Assembly: GCF_009914755.1 (NCBI RefSeq)
Contig: NC_060925.1
DNA length: 64,000 nucleotides
Strand: one strand, 5' to 3'
From: the human T2T-CHM13v2.0 reference genome, Homo sapiens
Shown here one piece after another: positions 47,251 through 63,524 of this stretch (positions are counted from its first letter, which is position 1; every line of letters starts with the position of its first letter). Below the pieces are notes generated by a model. The model was not told the DNA's origin. It made no database searches and saw nothing but the letters and a program-made list of their open reading frames with translations. The translations under genes were made by a program, and so were the position numbers.

Positions 47251-48176
47251 TGTTTTGTCAAATCCCTGGCATCAGTCCTGTCCTTGCCCACACTGTCCTT
47301 ATGCACCGCTGCAACTTGGGCTATGAAGATTCACCTTATTCAAAGTGCCCCCTGTAAGAGGAAGTATCCAGAGGGCTCAGTTCCTAAATGAGGCTAGGAC
47401 CCAGGGAAAGGGAGTTTTCTGTTTGAAGAACCTAAGGTATATTAATGAACCACATGAGACAATTGATTTGTCTGCTGAGGGGTACATCTTATCACCTGCT
47501 GTTGTACCTAGGAGGCCTCTGTAGGCCCAACAGCACCTACACAGGACTCCTAGGGACAACAGCCTGGAAGCAGGGTCTTATGGCCCATGAAAGGGTCATG
47601 CCTATGTCATCATATCATTGAGGGTGGGGCTTGGTGAGCTCTGGTCTCAAAACCAAAGTGAACTTGACACGGGATTTCAGAGGGAGTCGAAATCACAGAC
47701 TAGGACTTTGACAGGGAGAATCTTGTCACATTTCCTCATCCTATCTCTTCCCTCCATCTGGATCCCACAGTGACTCACTTTTCCCAGAAAAGAACTGGGA
47801 CTACCCTTGAGAGAAGCAAGAAATTGGAGCTGTGAGGCTACACCGTGCTCAGGAACCCGTACTGGGTGGGGTCGGGTACAAGGACAGAACGAAGCAACAA
47901 AGATGGCAGATAGCTGCATCTTTGAAGTGAAAAGAGAATCAGGTTGAGCTCTGGGGTTTGATTCTAAGAGATAAAAGGGAAAGCCCAAGGAATTGGCTAG
48001 AGCCTGAGAAATGGCCAACATATATTCTCTGCCTCTCTGAGCCTCAGCCATCTCATATACAAAATGGGGATAATAGTAGCTACTTCACGGAGTTACGGAG
48101 TTATGGTGAAGATCAAATGAAATGTGCATATGAAATAAAGTACTTCGCTCAGTGGCTGCCACATAGCATATGCTCA

Positions 48177-48524
<348 letters not shown>

Positions 48525-49707
48525 TCACCAGAACAATGGTGGGTATCACCTAGGGGACTGATAACTGCCCAGAGTGGAAGCCACATGCTACCTCGGGACC
48601 TCGTGGATAGAAATGCCTCTCATGCTGCTTTTGTATCGAATTATCTTGCCCCTAGACAGGAAGGAGAGACCCCTATGAATCTTTTGAAATTTCTGAGCAA
48701 ATTCCAGTTTTTTACAGAAAAAAGATGATCTATTCTATTATCGTCCTTAAAATTTTAAACACAATTGCTTAATATCACCAAATATCCAATCAGTGCTTGA
48801 TTTTCCTCAGTTGTTTTTCTCTTTTTTTAACAGTTGATTTGTTTGAATCAGGATCCAAATAGGGTCCACACATGACATTTGGTTGACACGTCTCTAAGAC
48901 TTTGAACCCAGAGATGATTATTTCTGCTTCTATAATTTATTTGTTACAGAAACCAGAACATCTGTCCTATAGAACTTCACACTTTCTGGATTTTGCTAAC
49001 TGCATCAATGAGATATAGTTTAACATATTCCTCTATCCCCTGTAGTTCCTTCCTGTAATCAAGTTCCGCCTTTTGGCAATGGTATTCATAGGTGGTTTTG
49101 GGCCTCTCCTATTGCATTGGATAAGAAGCAAAGAATGTCTGGGTGTTTTCTTGTTCATGATGTTGAGGCTCATCAGTGATTTCGGGCATGCCTGCCTAAT
49201 GTGGCATTATGAAGTTTCCATTATGAAGTTTTTCATTTAATAGTTTTAGCAGTCATTGACCAGATTCATTATTTCATTAGGGATTGGAAAGTGGTGATAT
49301 TCTAATTCTATCCTTCTTTCTGCATTAGCTAGAGTTCTTTAGGAAAGACATTTTCTATCATCAAATATTTGCTTACCCTGAAATACTGTTCATATAGGAA
49401 CGCCAGATAATGCTTGATTTTTTGTGTGTGGTTTTTATTTTAAATCAAATGTCAGAATAATGAGTTGGTTTCCTAGCAAACTCCAAAGGTGACCAATGTG
49501 TTTATTTAAGAATCATTTTGAACTCATGGATCTAAAGATATTTTTTATGTTCCCATCCATTGCCATTATTATTCTTATTGATGCTCAGATTCTCCATCTT
49601 TAGCCAATAGGAGCCTCTTCTAGTTGGCTCCTGAGTCCAGTTAACATGACCTCAGTTATCTTTGGTGGAATCCTCGCTGGAGTGACAAGATGTTCCATAT
49701 TTGTCTT

Positions 49708-50018
49708 TTTTTTTTTTTTTTTTTTTGAGACGGAGTCTCGCTCTTTCGCCCAGGCTGAACTGCAGTGGCGCTATCTTGGCTCACTGCAAGCTCCGCCTCC
49801 CAGGTTCATGCCATTGTCCTGCCTCAACCTCCCGAGTACCTGGGACTACAGGCGCCTGCTACCACGACCGGCTAATTTTTTTTTTTTTTTTTGTATTTTT
49901 AGTAGAGACGGGGTTTCACCGTATTAGCCAGGATGGTCTCGACCTCCTGACCTCGTGATCCACCCGCCTCGGCCTCCCAAAGTGCTGGGATTACAGGCGT
50001 GAGCCACCGCGCCCGGCC
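49708..50018 (-). mobile_element. AluY (Yk-like variants) inside an old L1, with expanded middle A-tract
   Basis: 14-bp TSD tccatatttgtctt at 49694-49707 and 50019-50032; ctctttcgccc and gcgctatc variants. Confidence 0.92.
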
Positions 50019-51469
50019 TCCATATTTGTCTTGTATATTTCCTGCACCAGCCCGGGAATTAGCCATTTCTCCAGAGAGTCTAGTTTCTTTTAATGGAGAA
50101 TGGACCACAATCCAGGCAGTAAGAGTACTCATTGCCACTGATCTGGTCATTGATTCTAGACTTTTAGAGTTAGAGCTGTGAAAATAACTTCTTAAATTGA
50201 AAATACATGGGGATCACGTGGAGGTAGAGAGTGGAAAAACAGATAATAGAGCCTGGGAAGGGTGAGTCAGGGGAGGGGGAGGATGAAGAGAAGTGGGTTA
50301 AAGGGCATGGACATGCAGTTAGAAAGAAAAAATAAGTTCAATGCTTGATAGCAGAGTAGGGAGACTATAGTCAAAAATGTATTGTACTTGAGTGATGGAC
50401 ACTGTAAATGCCCTGACTTGACCACTGTGCATTTATATATATATATATATATATACACATATAATCTCTGCCTCACATTCACCCTCTTTTCCCTTGCCAC
50501 TTCTGCCAATGTCTTAGTTGCCTGTCAAATCTCCAGCTCTGTACCCAATGCACTGTCTGCTCTGTGCCCACAACTAGGTAGCAAAATGAGCTTGAACAAA
50601 AACATGGTCCCATGCTGACTGCTCTCACTTTAAATTAATGATCCCCCCACCTTAAGTGAGCGCTCAGTGCTGCCTGGCCATTACACACTTCCCAATTCCA
50701 TTCCACTTGTATCTTGCTAAATGATTATCTCCTTCCTCTTCCAGATCTTCTCACTCAAACTTACTCTCATCTGTTAAGCCTGCTTCCTGCCTAGGAGAGT
50801 ACTATGCAAGCTGTATTTTAGAAAGAGAGAGACAGAGAGATTTGGGGACCAACTGCAAGAGGAGAGAGAGATTTAAAAATATACATTTTCCCCAGAAACT
50901 TAGGAATATATGGAAAAATGATAATTTCTCCCATTGGTGCTACCTCAGGCAACATCACTGAGGGCCTAGATTACTTTGAGAGTTTTCTAAAATTGGATTT
51001 GTATATCTTTTGGCACATTGAATATTTGTTTCACGTAGTCTCTTCCCTTAGACTGTAAGCCCCAGGAGATCAAGATGTGTGTCTCCGTCTGTTCAGGCTT
51101 GGACATGGTGCCTTCTTGCTGTGTCTTCACATGGCACAAGGGAAAGGGAGCGTTCTAAGGTATTTTCTTTTCTCTATAAGAGCATTAATCCCATTCCATG
51201 ACCTAACAACTTCCCAAGACCCCACTTCCTAATACTATCACTGGGTGACCAGGTTTCAACATATGATTTTTGGGAGGTCACAAATATCCAGACCATGGCA
51301 GTGTCCGTCTTGGTCACCATTGTGTCCCCAGCACATTCCACAGCACTTGGCACATAGATGCTGAATGAAACTATATGGGAAATGAATGAAATAGTGGGTC
51401 AAATTCAGTCTTTTTTGATTTCTTCCCTTTTGAGGTGAGAGTGGGAATATGTTTGTCTTTTGATTACTA

Positions 51470-51853
<384 letters not shown>

Positions 51854-52459
51854 TCAGGGAAGAAAAGGGAGTGGAGAAGCAGGGGAGAAAGATACTGGGA
51901 TGGGACTAAGGGGATGCAGTGGGTCCCACGAATGAGGCCTAGCACAAGTTACCTGCACATGCTCCTGCCTCCATATGCAATGGTGGAAGAACACAAAGAT
52001 CTGAGGCCATGGGTAAGTCCCTGGGAACCACACAGGGAGGGGAAGCAAGAAGGCAGAGGAAAGGCTCTGTGGCCCGTGCCAGTCTGGAATTTCAGTGATC
52101 CAAACTGGCCACAGGTCCTCCTTCTCCCCTTCCCCTCTTCTCTACAAACACCTGCTGATTCTGTAGTCCCATCTCCTCTCCTGTGCCACTGTCTTAGCTT
52201 AGACATTCAACATTCTTTTGCCTGAACTCTTGCAAGAGCCTCCCGACTAATGTCCCCTCCTTGTAAACTCTCCCTCTAATCCATCTTCTACTTTGTCCTC
52301 TAATCTTAACAATCACTAACCATCTGACCTTTTTTTTTTTCAAAAAATTTTTTCCTGCAGAAACATCTTTACTGGCTCCCCGATGCCATAGGATAAAGTC
52401 CAAACTGCTTAGCATAGCTTCATTTCTTAACCGCCTAGCTTGAATCTTGATCTTGGGCA

Positions 52460-52645
52460 TTTATTTATTTATTTATTACTTTTTAAAAAGTTTCATTTTA
52501 TCTTTAATTGACAAATAATCATTGTACATATTTATGGGGTAGGAAGTGATGTTTTGATGCATGTATTGTATATTTCCAAGTAGCTGTAGGAGAGAATTTT
52601 AAATGTTCTCACCACAAAGAAATGATAAATATTCAAGGTGATCGA
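52460..52645 (-). mobile_element. Tiny 5'-inverted L1MA-type 3' end (twin-priming structure)
   Basis: Minus-strand L1 terminus at 52460-52566 fused at atgtat to a plus-strand upstream L1 piece at 52561-52644. Confidence 0.7.
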
Positions 52646-53470
52646 TGCTGGGCCTTTCATTAAGGATTCCCTACTCACAAATTATGCCATACAAGTGAGC
52701 TCTAGAATAAACATCTCAGACCCTCTCATTTCATTTTTGCTTCACCCCCTTCCTCTTGCTACATTCCTACATTTCTCTGGCTTCTGGTATTGTGCAAACC
52801 CACTCAAGAGACCTCCAAGGACCCAAGGAGCGAAGAAGGGTAGAGAACAGGAGACAAAGCCACAAGATCTATGGTCCCCTGCAGGGCCAACACATTTCAT
52901 GATACAGAAATGTGTAGGAGATGTCCTTAGATCAGACCAGGCCATGGTAAACATGAGGAAAGAGGAGAACAATTACCGAATAAATGACAACTGCATGAAA
53001 AGATAAAGTTACAACTATCATGGAATCTATCTCCTCATGTAACCATGTGTGGGCATCAAATGGTAACATCTGAGTGACCACATCTAGTTGGCTGGAGCCA
53101 ATAAATGTTTAAGTCATGTGTACCCCACCACTTGCCATTTATGTCTTTTCCACTTCTCAACCTTGGGATTATTCCCTTTCCTAGTCTCGACTCAGACTGT
53201 GAGACACTACCTAACCACATGTTCTCCATTCTGTTTCCCACCGTGGAAGAGGGATTCATTTTCAACCTTCAATGTAAACATTAATAAAAGAGAGCTTATC
53301 GCATTTGGCTAGGTTTTCTTATCTTTTGAAGGTTGCCAGGATGTAATTCACACAACAGGCAGAACTGGGTCTCCCTGGAAACAATCTTGATGGTGAGCAG
53401 CTCTAACCCACACACTGGCTAGCTAACCTCAGCTGGAGCTAGCACTATTGTAAAATAGGCACAAGATGGT

Positions 53471-53837
53471 TAACGTGGTTTGGCTCTGTGTCCCCATTCA
53501 AATCTCATGTTGAATTGTAATCCCCAGGTTGGGGAAGAGACCTGGTGAGAGGTGATTGGATCATGGGGTGGATTTCCCCCTTGCTGTTCTCGTGATAGTG
53601 AGTGAGTTCTCATGAGATCTGGTTGTTTGAAAGTGTGTTGCACTTTGCTCTCCCTCTCCTGACAGCCGTGTGAAGATGTGCCTGCTTCCCCTTCTGCCAT
53701 GATTGTAAGTTTCCTGAGACCTTCCCAGAGGCAGAAGCCTGTACAGCCTGCAGAACTGTGAGTTGATCAAACCTCTGTTGTTTATAAATTACCAGGCTCA
53801 GGTATGTCTTTTGGCAGTATGAGAACAGACTAATACA
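53471..53837 (+). mobile_element. MSTA-like MaLR solo LTR
   Basis: ..tggtttggctctgtgtcccc...gaacagactaataca; perfect 5-bp TSD atggt at 53466-53470 and 53838-53842. Confidence 0.9.
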
Positions 53838-55328
53838 ATGGTGTTCAGTCCTAGGGGCTTTTTCTGAAAGAATGGCCCCCACTACAGTATTGGAGGCTTC
53901 TAGTTCAGTGATGGAAGGGAGTCTGGACAGGATATTGCACCATGGGGGCAGAGTAGATAGATGGCAACTATTTACCGAAGAGGCAAAGAGAATGACAGTG
54001 GAGATGTGGGTGGTGAACTTCTTGAAGTAGGTCTCAAACTCCAGAAATCTCTCCATAGCCTTGGTGGCCCAGTGGTGTATGACTCAAGGACTTAAGAGGT
54101 TTTGTTGTGCAACAGTTGGGTCCACTGCTTGCACACAATGAGACTAAAAACTTTGACCTGGAATTCATGAATGTGTATTTCATAGGACTGGCAGGAGATG
54201 CCACTGCAAAAGACGACATTGTTTCAGGAAGGGAGGAACTATCTCTATATCTGTGGTATATACCTAATGTTACTTCCTAATTGCCTATTCTTCTCATCCC
54301 TTATGTTCTCATCCAAGGGATTTAAGGTTCACTCATTGTCTAGCCTTTGCGTACATTGAATTCCTTCTAATTCTGTTTTCAGAGAGCTCCAGGGAGGCTG
54401 GAGAGGCAATGTACATGACCCTTGTCCTCTCATGCTGTATTGCCTATCACTTCTACCAGATGTCCAAACAGAAAGAAGCCAGGGCACAGTTAATAGGCCT
54501 TCCTCTAGCCCAGCTAAATGAGTCATCATGGCTCCTATATAGTCCTGCCCGGTTCCTTAATTAGGTGTTTAATGAGATTAATAGGGGTGAGAGGCCAAAG
54601 TCCTGGGTGGTCATATAGAGTGATGTGTCTGGGATTTCCTGGGCAACCAACAGCCCTTTGAAATAGTGGCTTTGGGACTCTTTTCTTTCTGGAGAGATCT
54701 AATGAATATCTCATTAAATATTCTGGCAGTGACCTAACTTTTGGGAGGCAGGCTCATCTGGGAATGTCAAACTGCAAGAACAGTGGCACATCTTATGGGT
54801 AAGGTCCTACATCAAGGAGAAGGCTTCTGTATTAGGAGGAGGTCATGATCCTTTCCTCTGAAGGGATCTGGCATGGGAAGGGTTACGGGTTAATTTCAAT
54901 GCCAAGGTGGGCCCTCCGAGGAACATCAAGCTGCACAAGCAGCTCCCTCTTGCAGGCAACATGGAATCCCTTCCTAGGGCCAGGCAGGTCCCCCTCAAAG
55001 AAGACAAAGCTGCAAGGCACTAATATTTTAGCTTGGTGGTTTCTGCTATTGGCAGGACAATTCACTTGCAAAATTTTGTTCTGCTATATGGCATTACACA
55101 TTCATTTCTGGTTTGGATACTGTGGACATAGGACCTTTGGCAGTTCTCTACATTTGCGATTTTGATAGCATCTGTCAGTGTCCTCATTAGCAGTAAAAGG
55201 AACTTAACAGGAAAAGTCTGGGGACTGGCGTTTCAAGGCAGTAGAGAAGAAGACTGTACCCCACTAGGTAGCCAGGACATAGGACAAGTTGAGGGGCAGT
55301 GATAAGAAAGGGAAGGAGGCTGGGGCCT

Positions 55329-55432
55329 ACGAGTCTGAAACAGAGAAGAAAAGAACACAGGAGTGGGCTTGGACCTGAGCACGAGTCTGAAACAGAGAAG
55401 AAAAGAACACAGGAGTGGGCTTGGACCTGAGC
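55329..55432. repeat. Perfect 52-bp tandem duplication
   Basis: acgagtctgaaacagagaagaaaagaacacaggagtgggcttggacctgagc x2 (55329-55380, 55381-55432). Confidence 0.97.
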
Positions 55433-55720
55433 TGATCAACAGGAAGACTTGAACTGTCCCCAGGAACTCATAAAATCAAGTGTCTGGACAGGACTCTGGC
55501 CATAGGTTGACCTAAAAAGTTGTGCCCCTCCTAGTTTTGCAATCCCTGGGCATGGTCAGGGCTGACTGAGGGGATAAGGCAGGGCTCAGCCCACCAGAAG
55601 CTGAAGCTCCATTGGGACCTTGTCTTGCTGTGCTTTCTACCTGTTAGGGTAGATATAAGGGTTCTGAGGTCTGATTCCCTCCCATCCATCAATCACACTC
55701 ACACCTTGGGGGCTCGTCTA

Positions 55721-55972
<252 letters not shown>

Positions 55973-57271
55973 TCAATGACTCTGCACAGGGATGGCTCAC
56001 CATCACACAATCCATGCTAGGCTTCTTTAAGCAAGAGGCTGGGAAGAAGAGAAACCCAAGGGTATCTGTTGAAGCAAACTTCCTGCTGGCATGCCCACCT
56101 GGCGTTGGCAGACAATGTCCACTCAGGGGACAGTTTTCCATATCTATGAAATGAGGAATAATACCTTCTCAGCATGTAGCAGATATACAATAACATTAGA
56201 TTGTTTTCTCTCTTGCCTCTTATGCTTACCTCTCCCTATTTCCTCATACTCATGATGTCTCTGGGCAGGAAGGTGGTACGCAGAGTATACACAAGACAAA
56301 AATGGGAGCTCTGTCACCCTCAGATTGTCTTCATTGGCCAAGGATTCCAGAATGAAAGCCAATTATAGCCCTTTTCCATCTGCATCTTACAGTTGCCTCA
56401 TCAGTTGTCCCCAACCTGTCCCTCTCAGTATGCAAGTTCCCTTTACTAAAATACTGAAGTATAGCTGTGAAAACAAGTGAGAAGATAGAACACCAGAATT
56501 GAGATGTCTAGGCAAGGGTAATGCTTTCAACATTACTGGGGCTGGTCTTCCCATTGGTCTTGTCACAGGATCACAGGTTGATCCTAAGATTCTCTCATTT
56601 ACTCAACACACATTTATTGAGTCCCTGTCATGTGCTAGACACTCCGTGTGTTTGGGAAGATCAAGTGACTTTGAGAAGTTACTTGAATGATGTGAAGAGG
56701 CCAGCCATGCAAAATTTTGGAGAAGAGTATTGTTGGGGATGGAACATCAGGTATAACGGGCCAGAGGCCAGAGTGAGTTTGCTGTGTTTGAGAGACAGCA
56801 AGGAAGCCAAGGATGCTGGGACTGGAATGAGCCAGGACAGAATGGAAGAAGACAAGGGTGGAGAGGTCACTATGAGCCAGATCATGGCATGAAAATTGGA
56901 TTTTATTATGAGCATCTTGGGAAGCCACTGGAGTTATATGATCGGATTTACATTTTAACAAGATTATACTGGCTACTGTGTAGAGAAAGGACCAGGTGGT
57001 ACAAGAAAGAGGGAGCTGTTGCAGTAGTTCAAGGAGAGATGATAATGTCTTGGAGTCTGGTAGGAGATCCCTGTAGACATCATACCCAGAAAGCCCACAG
57101 GGCATAGCATACAGGCAGACCACAACAGGTGACCAAGTGGTAAAACCTGGGTTGGGCCAGTGCTGACCCTGATGATGAATTTTGGTAGGTACTGGGATGG
57201 TAAGAATGGGTCTTAGGTATCTTCACTTCTCAATGTGGTCTTAATATGGGTCAAACATTGTTCTAAATGCT

Positions 57272-57740
57272 TATGGTAGATTATCTGCAAAGACTGCTGC
57301 TACTAACAATTCCTCCCATCAAGGAGTGGAGTCTTTTTCCCCTTTCCCCTCCCCTTGAATCAGGCTGGCCTTGTGACTTGCTTTGAATAACAAAACATGG
57401 TGGAAGTGATGTTGAGCCAGGTTACATCCTAAGAGGCTTGGCAGCTTCTACCTTCCCTGTTTGGAGTACTATGCCACCATGTAAGGAAGTTTGGCAGAGA
57501 CTACGGAATGACAAGAACTCATATGAGGGGAGGGACCATGGACAATCACAATGCCCCAGCTGACAGCCAGTGCCAAGATATGAGTGAGGCCATCTCGGAT
57601 CTTCTAGGCCCACCTGAGCCACAACAGCCAATAACATGTGGGGCAGAGATGAGCTGTCTCTACTAAACCCTGCCAGAATTGCCAATCATAAGCAAGAAAA
57701 TGGCTGTTGCATTAAGTCACTATGATTTGTTACACAGTAA
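57272..57740 (+). mobile_element. MLT1 (F/G-like) MaLR LTR
   Basis: aaggagtggagtc...ggccttgtgacttgcttt...aaccctgccagaattgc...gatttgttacacag. Confidence 0.65.
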
Positions 57741-57744
57741 ACAC

Positions 57745-58560
57745 ATAAAAATATGCTTAACACGATTCGTCATTAGAGAAATGCAAATGTAAACTACAAT
57801 GAGATAGCACTTTGCATCCACTAGGATGGTTATAATAAAAATGATGAACAATAACAAGCATAGGAAAGAATATGGAGAAATTGTAATCCTTATACACTGC
57901 TGGTAGAAACGGAAAATGGTGCAACCACTTTGGAAAACAGTTTGGCAGTTCCTCAAAAAGTTAAATATAGAGTTCCTATGTGACTTGGCAATTTCTCTCC
58001 AAGGTATATGCCCAAGAGAATTGACAACGTGTTCACACAAAAACTTATACACAAATGTTCAAACCAGCATAATTCATAATAGCTAAAAAATGGAAACATA
58101 ATAGTCCCAAAGTGGAAATGTTCATAATAGTCCCAGTTCATCTATCAATTGTCGAATGCATAAACAAGATGTGGTATATTCATACCATGAAATAGTATTT
58201 GGCCAAAAGGAATAAAGTATTGATATATGCTAAAACGTGGATGAACTTTGAAAATTTTATGTTAAGTGGAAGTAGCCAGACACAAAAGACACACATATAA
58301 TTCCATTTATATGAAATGTCCAGAATAGGTAAATCCACAGAGACAGAAAAGTACATTAGAGGTTGCCAGAAGCTGGGGTGGGGTGGGCAATGGGGAGTGA
58401 CTTTTAAGGGCTGCTTGGGAATGATGAAAGTGTTCTGGAATTAGACAGTGATGATACTTGTACAACTTTGCGAATACACTAAAATCACTGAATTGTATAC
58501 ATTAAAAGAATGCATTTTATGGTGTGTGAATTATATTTCACTAAGAAAAAGAAAGAAAAA
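57745..58560 (+). mobile_element. L1MB-like 3' end
   Basis: cattagagaaatgcaaat...accactttggaaaacagtttggcag...gaattatatttc. Confidence 0.8.
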
Positions 58561-58712
58561 ATGCAAATGGATTAAATCCTCCACTTGAAAGAAAAGATTG
58601 TCAGATAGGGTTTAAAAATCACAATTACATGCTTTTTACATAGAGAGCAGTTAAAAATAAAATGATAAAAAAATCATGCCAATACTAAAAGAAGGAAGCT
58701 GGTTATAAGTTA

Positions 58713-61499
<2,787 letters not shown>

Positions 61500-62240
61500 T
61501 ATATTAATATATATACCTATTAGTAATATCAACAGCAACATTAACAGGAGTTTGGAGTAAGCTGATTCTAACCCTCATGCATGACTTTGATGGGTTCAAG
61601 ACTTCATTGGAGGATCTCACTCCTCCACTGAAGCAGCATCAAGAGAACCAGAATTAGAGCAGCAAGAGAACCAGAATTAGAAGAGGAGCCTGAATATGTG
61701 ACTGAATTAACTTTAGAGAAAACAAGCATTGGGACAAAAAGTTAATATGGATAGGGTCACTTTATTATGATAAAAGCTGCATTTTACTAGAAGAAAAAAC
61801 AATTTGAGTCCACTAGGGGCTGTGACTCTCAGCTGGCACCACTGTACACAGGTGGTGTCCATTTCTGACCCCAAACTATTTGCTGGTCATAAATGGGATT
61901 GGATGGCCAGGCCAGAGTTCTCAAGCGAGGAAAATACAAGCAGTGAGCAGCTATACCAGGCTCCTGTTAGACCTACAGCCACGAGGGCGTAAAAAAATGC
62001 AGTTGTCCAGACTGGAGGGCCTACAAAATGTATATAATCTGCCAAAGGTAGGTGGACTGCTGCATGGCCTTAACTGCATATCTATTACTCCCTCTTGAGT
62101 GCATCTTCACCTTTGCTTCTTGGAAGATGGGGGAGAGAGAAATCTATGTGGATTCACCTTTAGGAAACAGAGGGGAGAGCAGGAAACCAAGGGGTTGCTC
62201 TTCTCTTAAGGACGTGTAAGGCCAGGGACCAGATGTCAGG

Positions 62241-62615
62241 TGATATGGTTTGGCTGTGTCCCCACCCAAACCACATCTTGAATTGTAGTTCCCATAATCT
62301 CCACGTGTTGTGGGAGAGACCCGGTGGGAGGTAATTGAATCATGGGGGCAGTTACCTTCATGCTATTCTCATGATAGTGAGTGAGTTTTCATAAGATCTG
62401 ATGGTTTTATACGGGGCTTTTCCCCAACTTTGCTCATTCTTCTCTCCCCTGCCACCATGTGAAGAAGGACATGTTTGCTTCTCCTTCCACCATGATTGTA
62501 AGTTTCCTGAGGCCTCCCCAGCCCTGTGAAACTGTGAGTCAATTAAACCTCTTTCCTTTATAAATTACCCAGTCTTGGGCAGTTCTTTATAGCAGTGGGA
62601 GAACAGACTAATACA
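62241..62615 (+). mobile_element. THE1 (THE1C-like) MaLR solo LTR
   Basis: TGATATGG...CTAATACA; perfect TSD tcagg at 62236-62240 and 62616-62620. Confidence 0.93.
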
Positions 62616-63216
62616 TCAGGATTCTGAGCACCTCCCCAACCCCTTTTAAAAAACCAGTTGTCCCCAATTCTTTTCCTAACAATAATTAATGTGGTCATTG
62701 TTTATTGAGTAGCTACTATGTACCAGATACTATGCTGGGACTTTTAATAGATTTTGTTTCCCCTTTAATCCTCTAATAACCCTATGGAATAGGTACTGGC
62801 ATCATTTTTATAGATGAAGAAACTGACGCTCTGAGAGGTTAGTGAATTTTTCCCAAACCACACTACTTGTTCAGTAGCAAAGCCAGAATTCCAGTCCAAG
62901 TTGGTCTGCCTCCAGAGTCTGTGACCTCTCTGCTTCAGTCCTTTAAAGGGAAGGGGTTCATGTGCTGTGTTTCTGGAAGGGCAAGGAAAAGGTAAAGTTG
63001 GGAGATGATGTCCCGCGAGGCAGCCAGTTCTGAAAAAAGGGAACTCTGTAAGCTGAAGAGGGTGGTAACTAGAGAGGAAAGGGACCAGGCCTCTAGCTAG
63101 GAAAGTGAGAACACAAAAATTGGTATGGAAGTCACCCAACAGAGGCTCAAGAAGGAATCTGAAATCCCAGGAGTAGCCAGAGTGACTGTCACCATAAGGC
63201 AACTCATACATGTGCA

Positions 63217-63218
<2 letters not shown>

Positions 63219-63262
<44 letters not shown>
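63219..63262. repeat. (CA)22 microsatellite
   Basis: Direct reading; 73 nt into the intron from the CSMD2 donor at 63335. Confidence 0.96.
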
Positions 63263-63264
<2 letters not shown>

Positions 63265-63335
63265 CACAGAGGGGAGGACTGTTCTTTGACACGGGCCACC
63301 CCATCAGTCATTTTGAGCAGGTGACATCTACTTAC

Positions 63336-63524
63336 AGAGACACTGGGGGCGGGGACGGTCCCATGTGCCATCTCCCTGGCAGCTGAGCACTGGGGTGCCC
63401 AGGAGGTAGAAGCCGTGGTTGCACCGGTAAGACACAGTGGTGCCGAAGCTGAACCTGTGCGGGCCGCTGGCGTGGACCTGACGAACACTATTTTCTTGGT
63501 GTCCAGGATCTGTACAGTTGATGA
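63336..63524 (-). CDS. CSMD2: CSMD2 sushi exon (INCTDPGHQENSVRQVHASG...WDRPRPQCL)
   Basis: 189 bp, ttgcag|...T|gtaag, phase 1-1. Confidence 0.96.

Noticed and set aside
53840-55200. Possible ancient ERV-internal or pseudogene-like sequence
   Set aside because: I could not recover any convincing protein motif by eye; a Dfam or tBLASTn search is needed.
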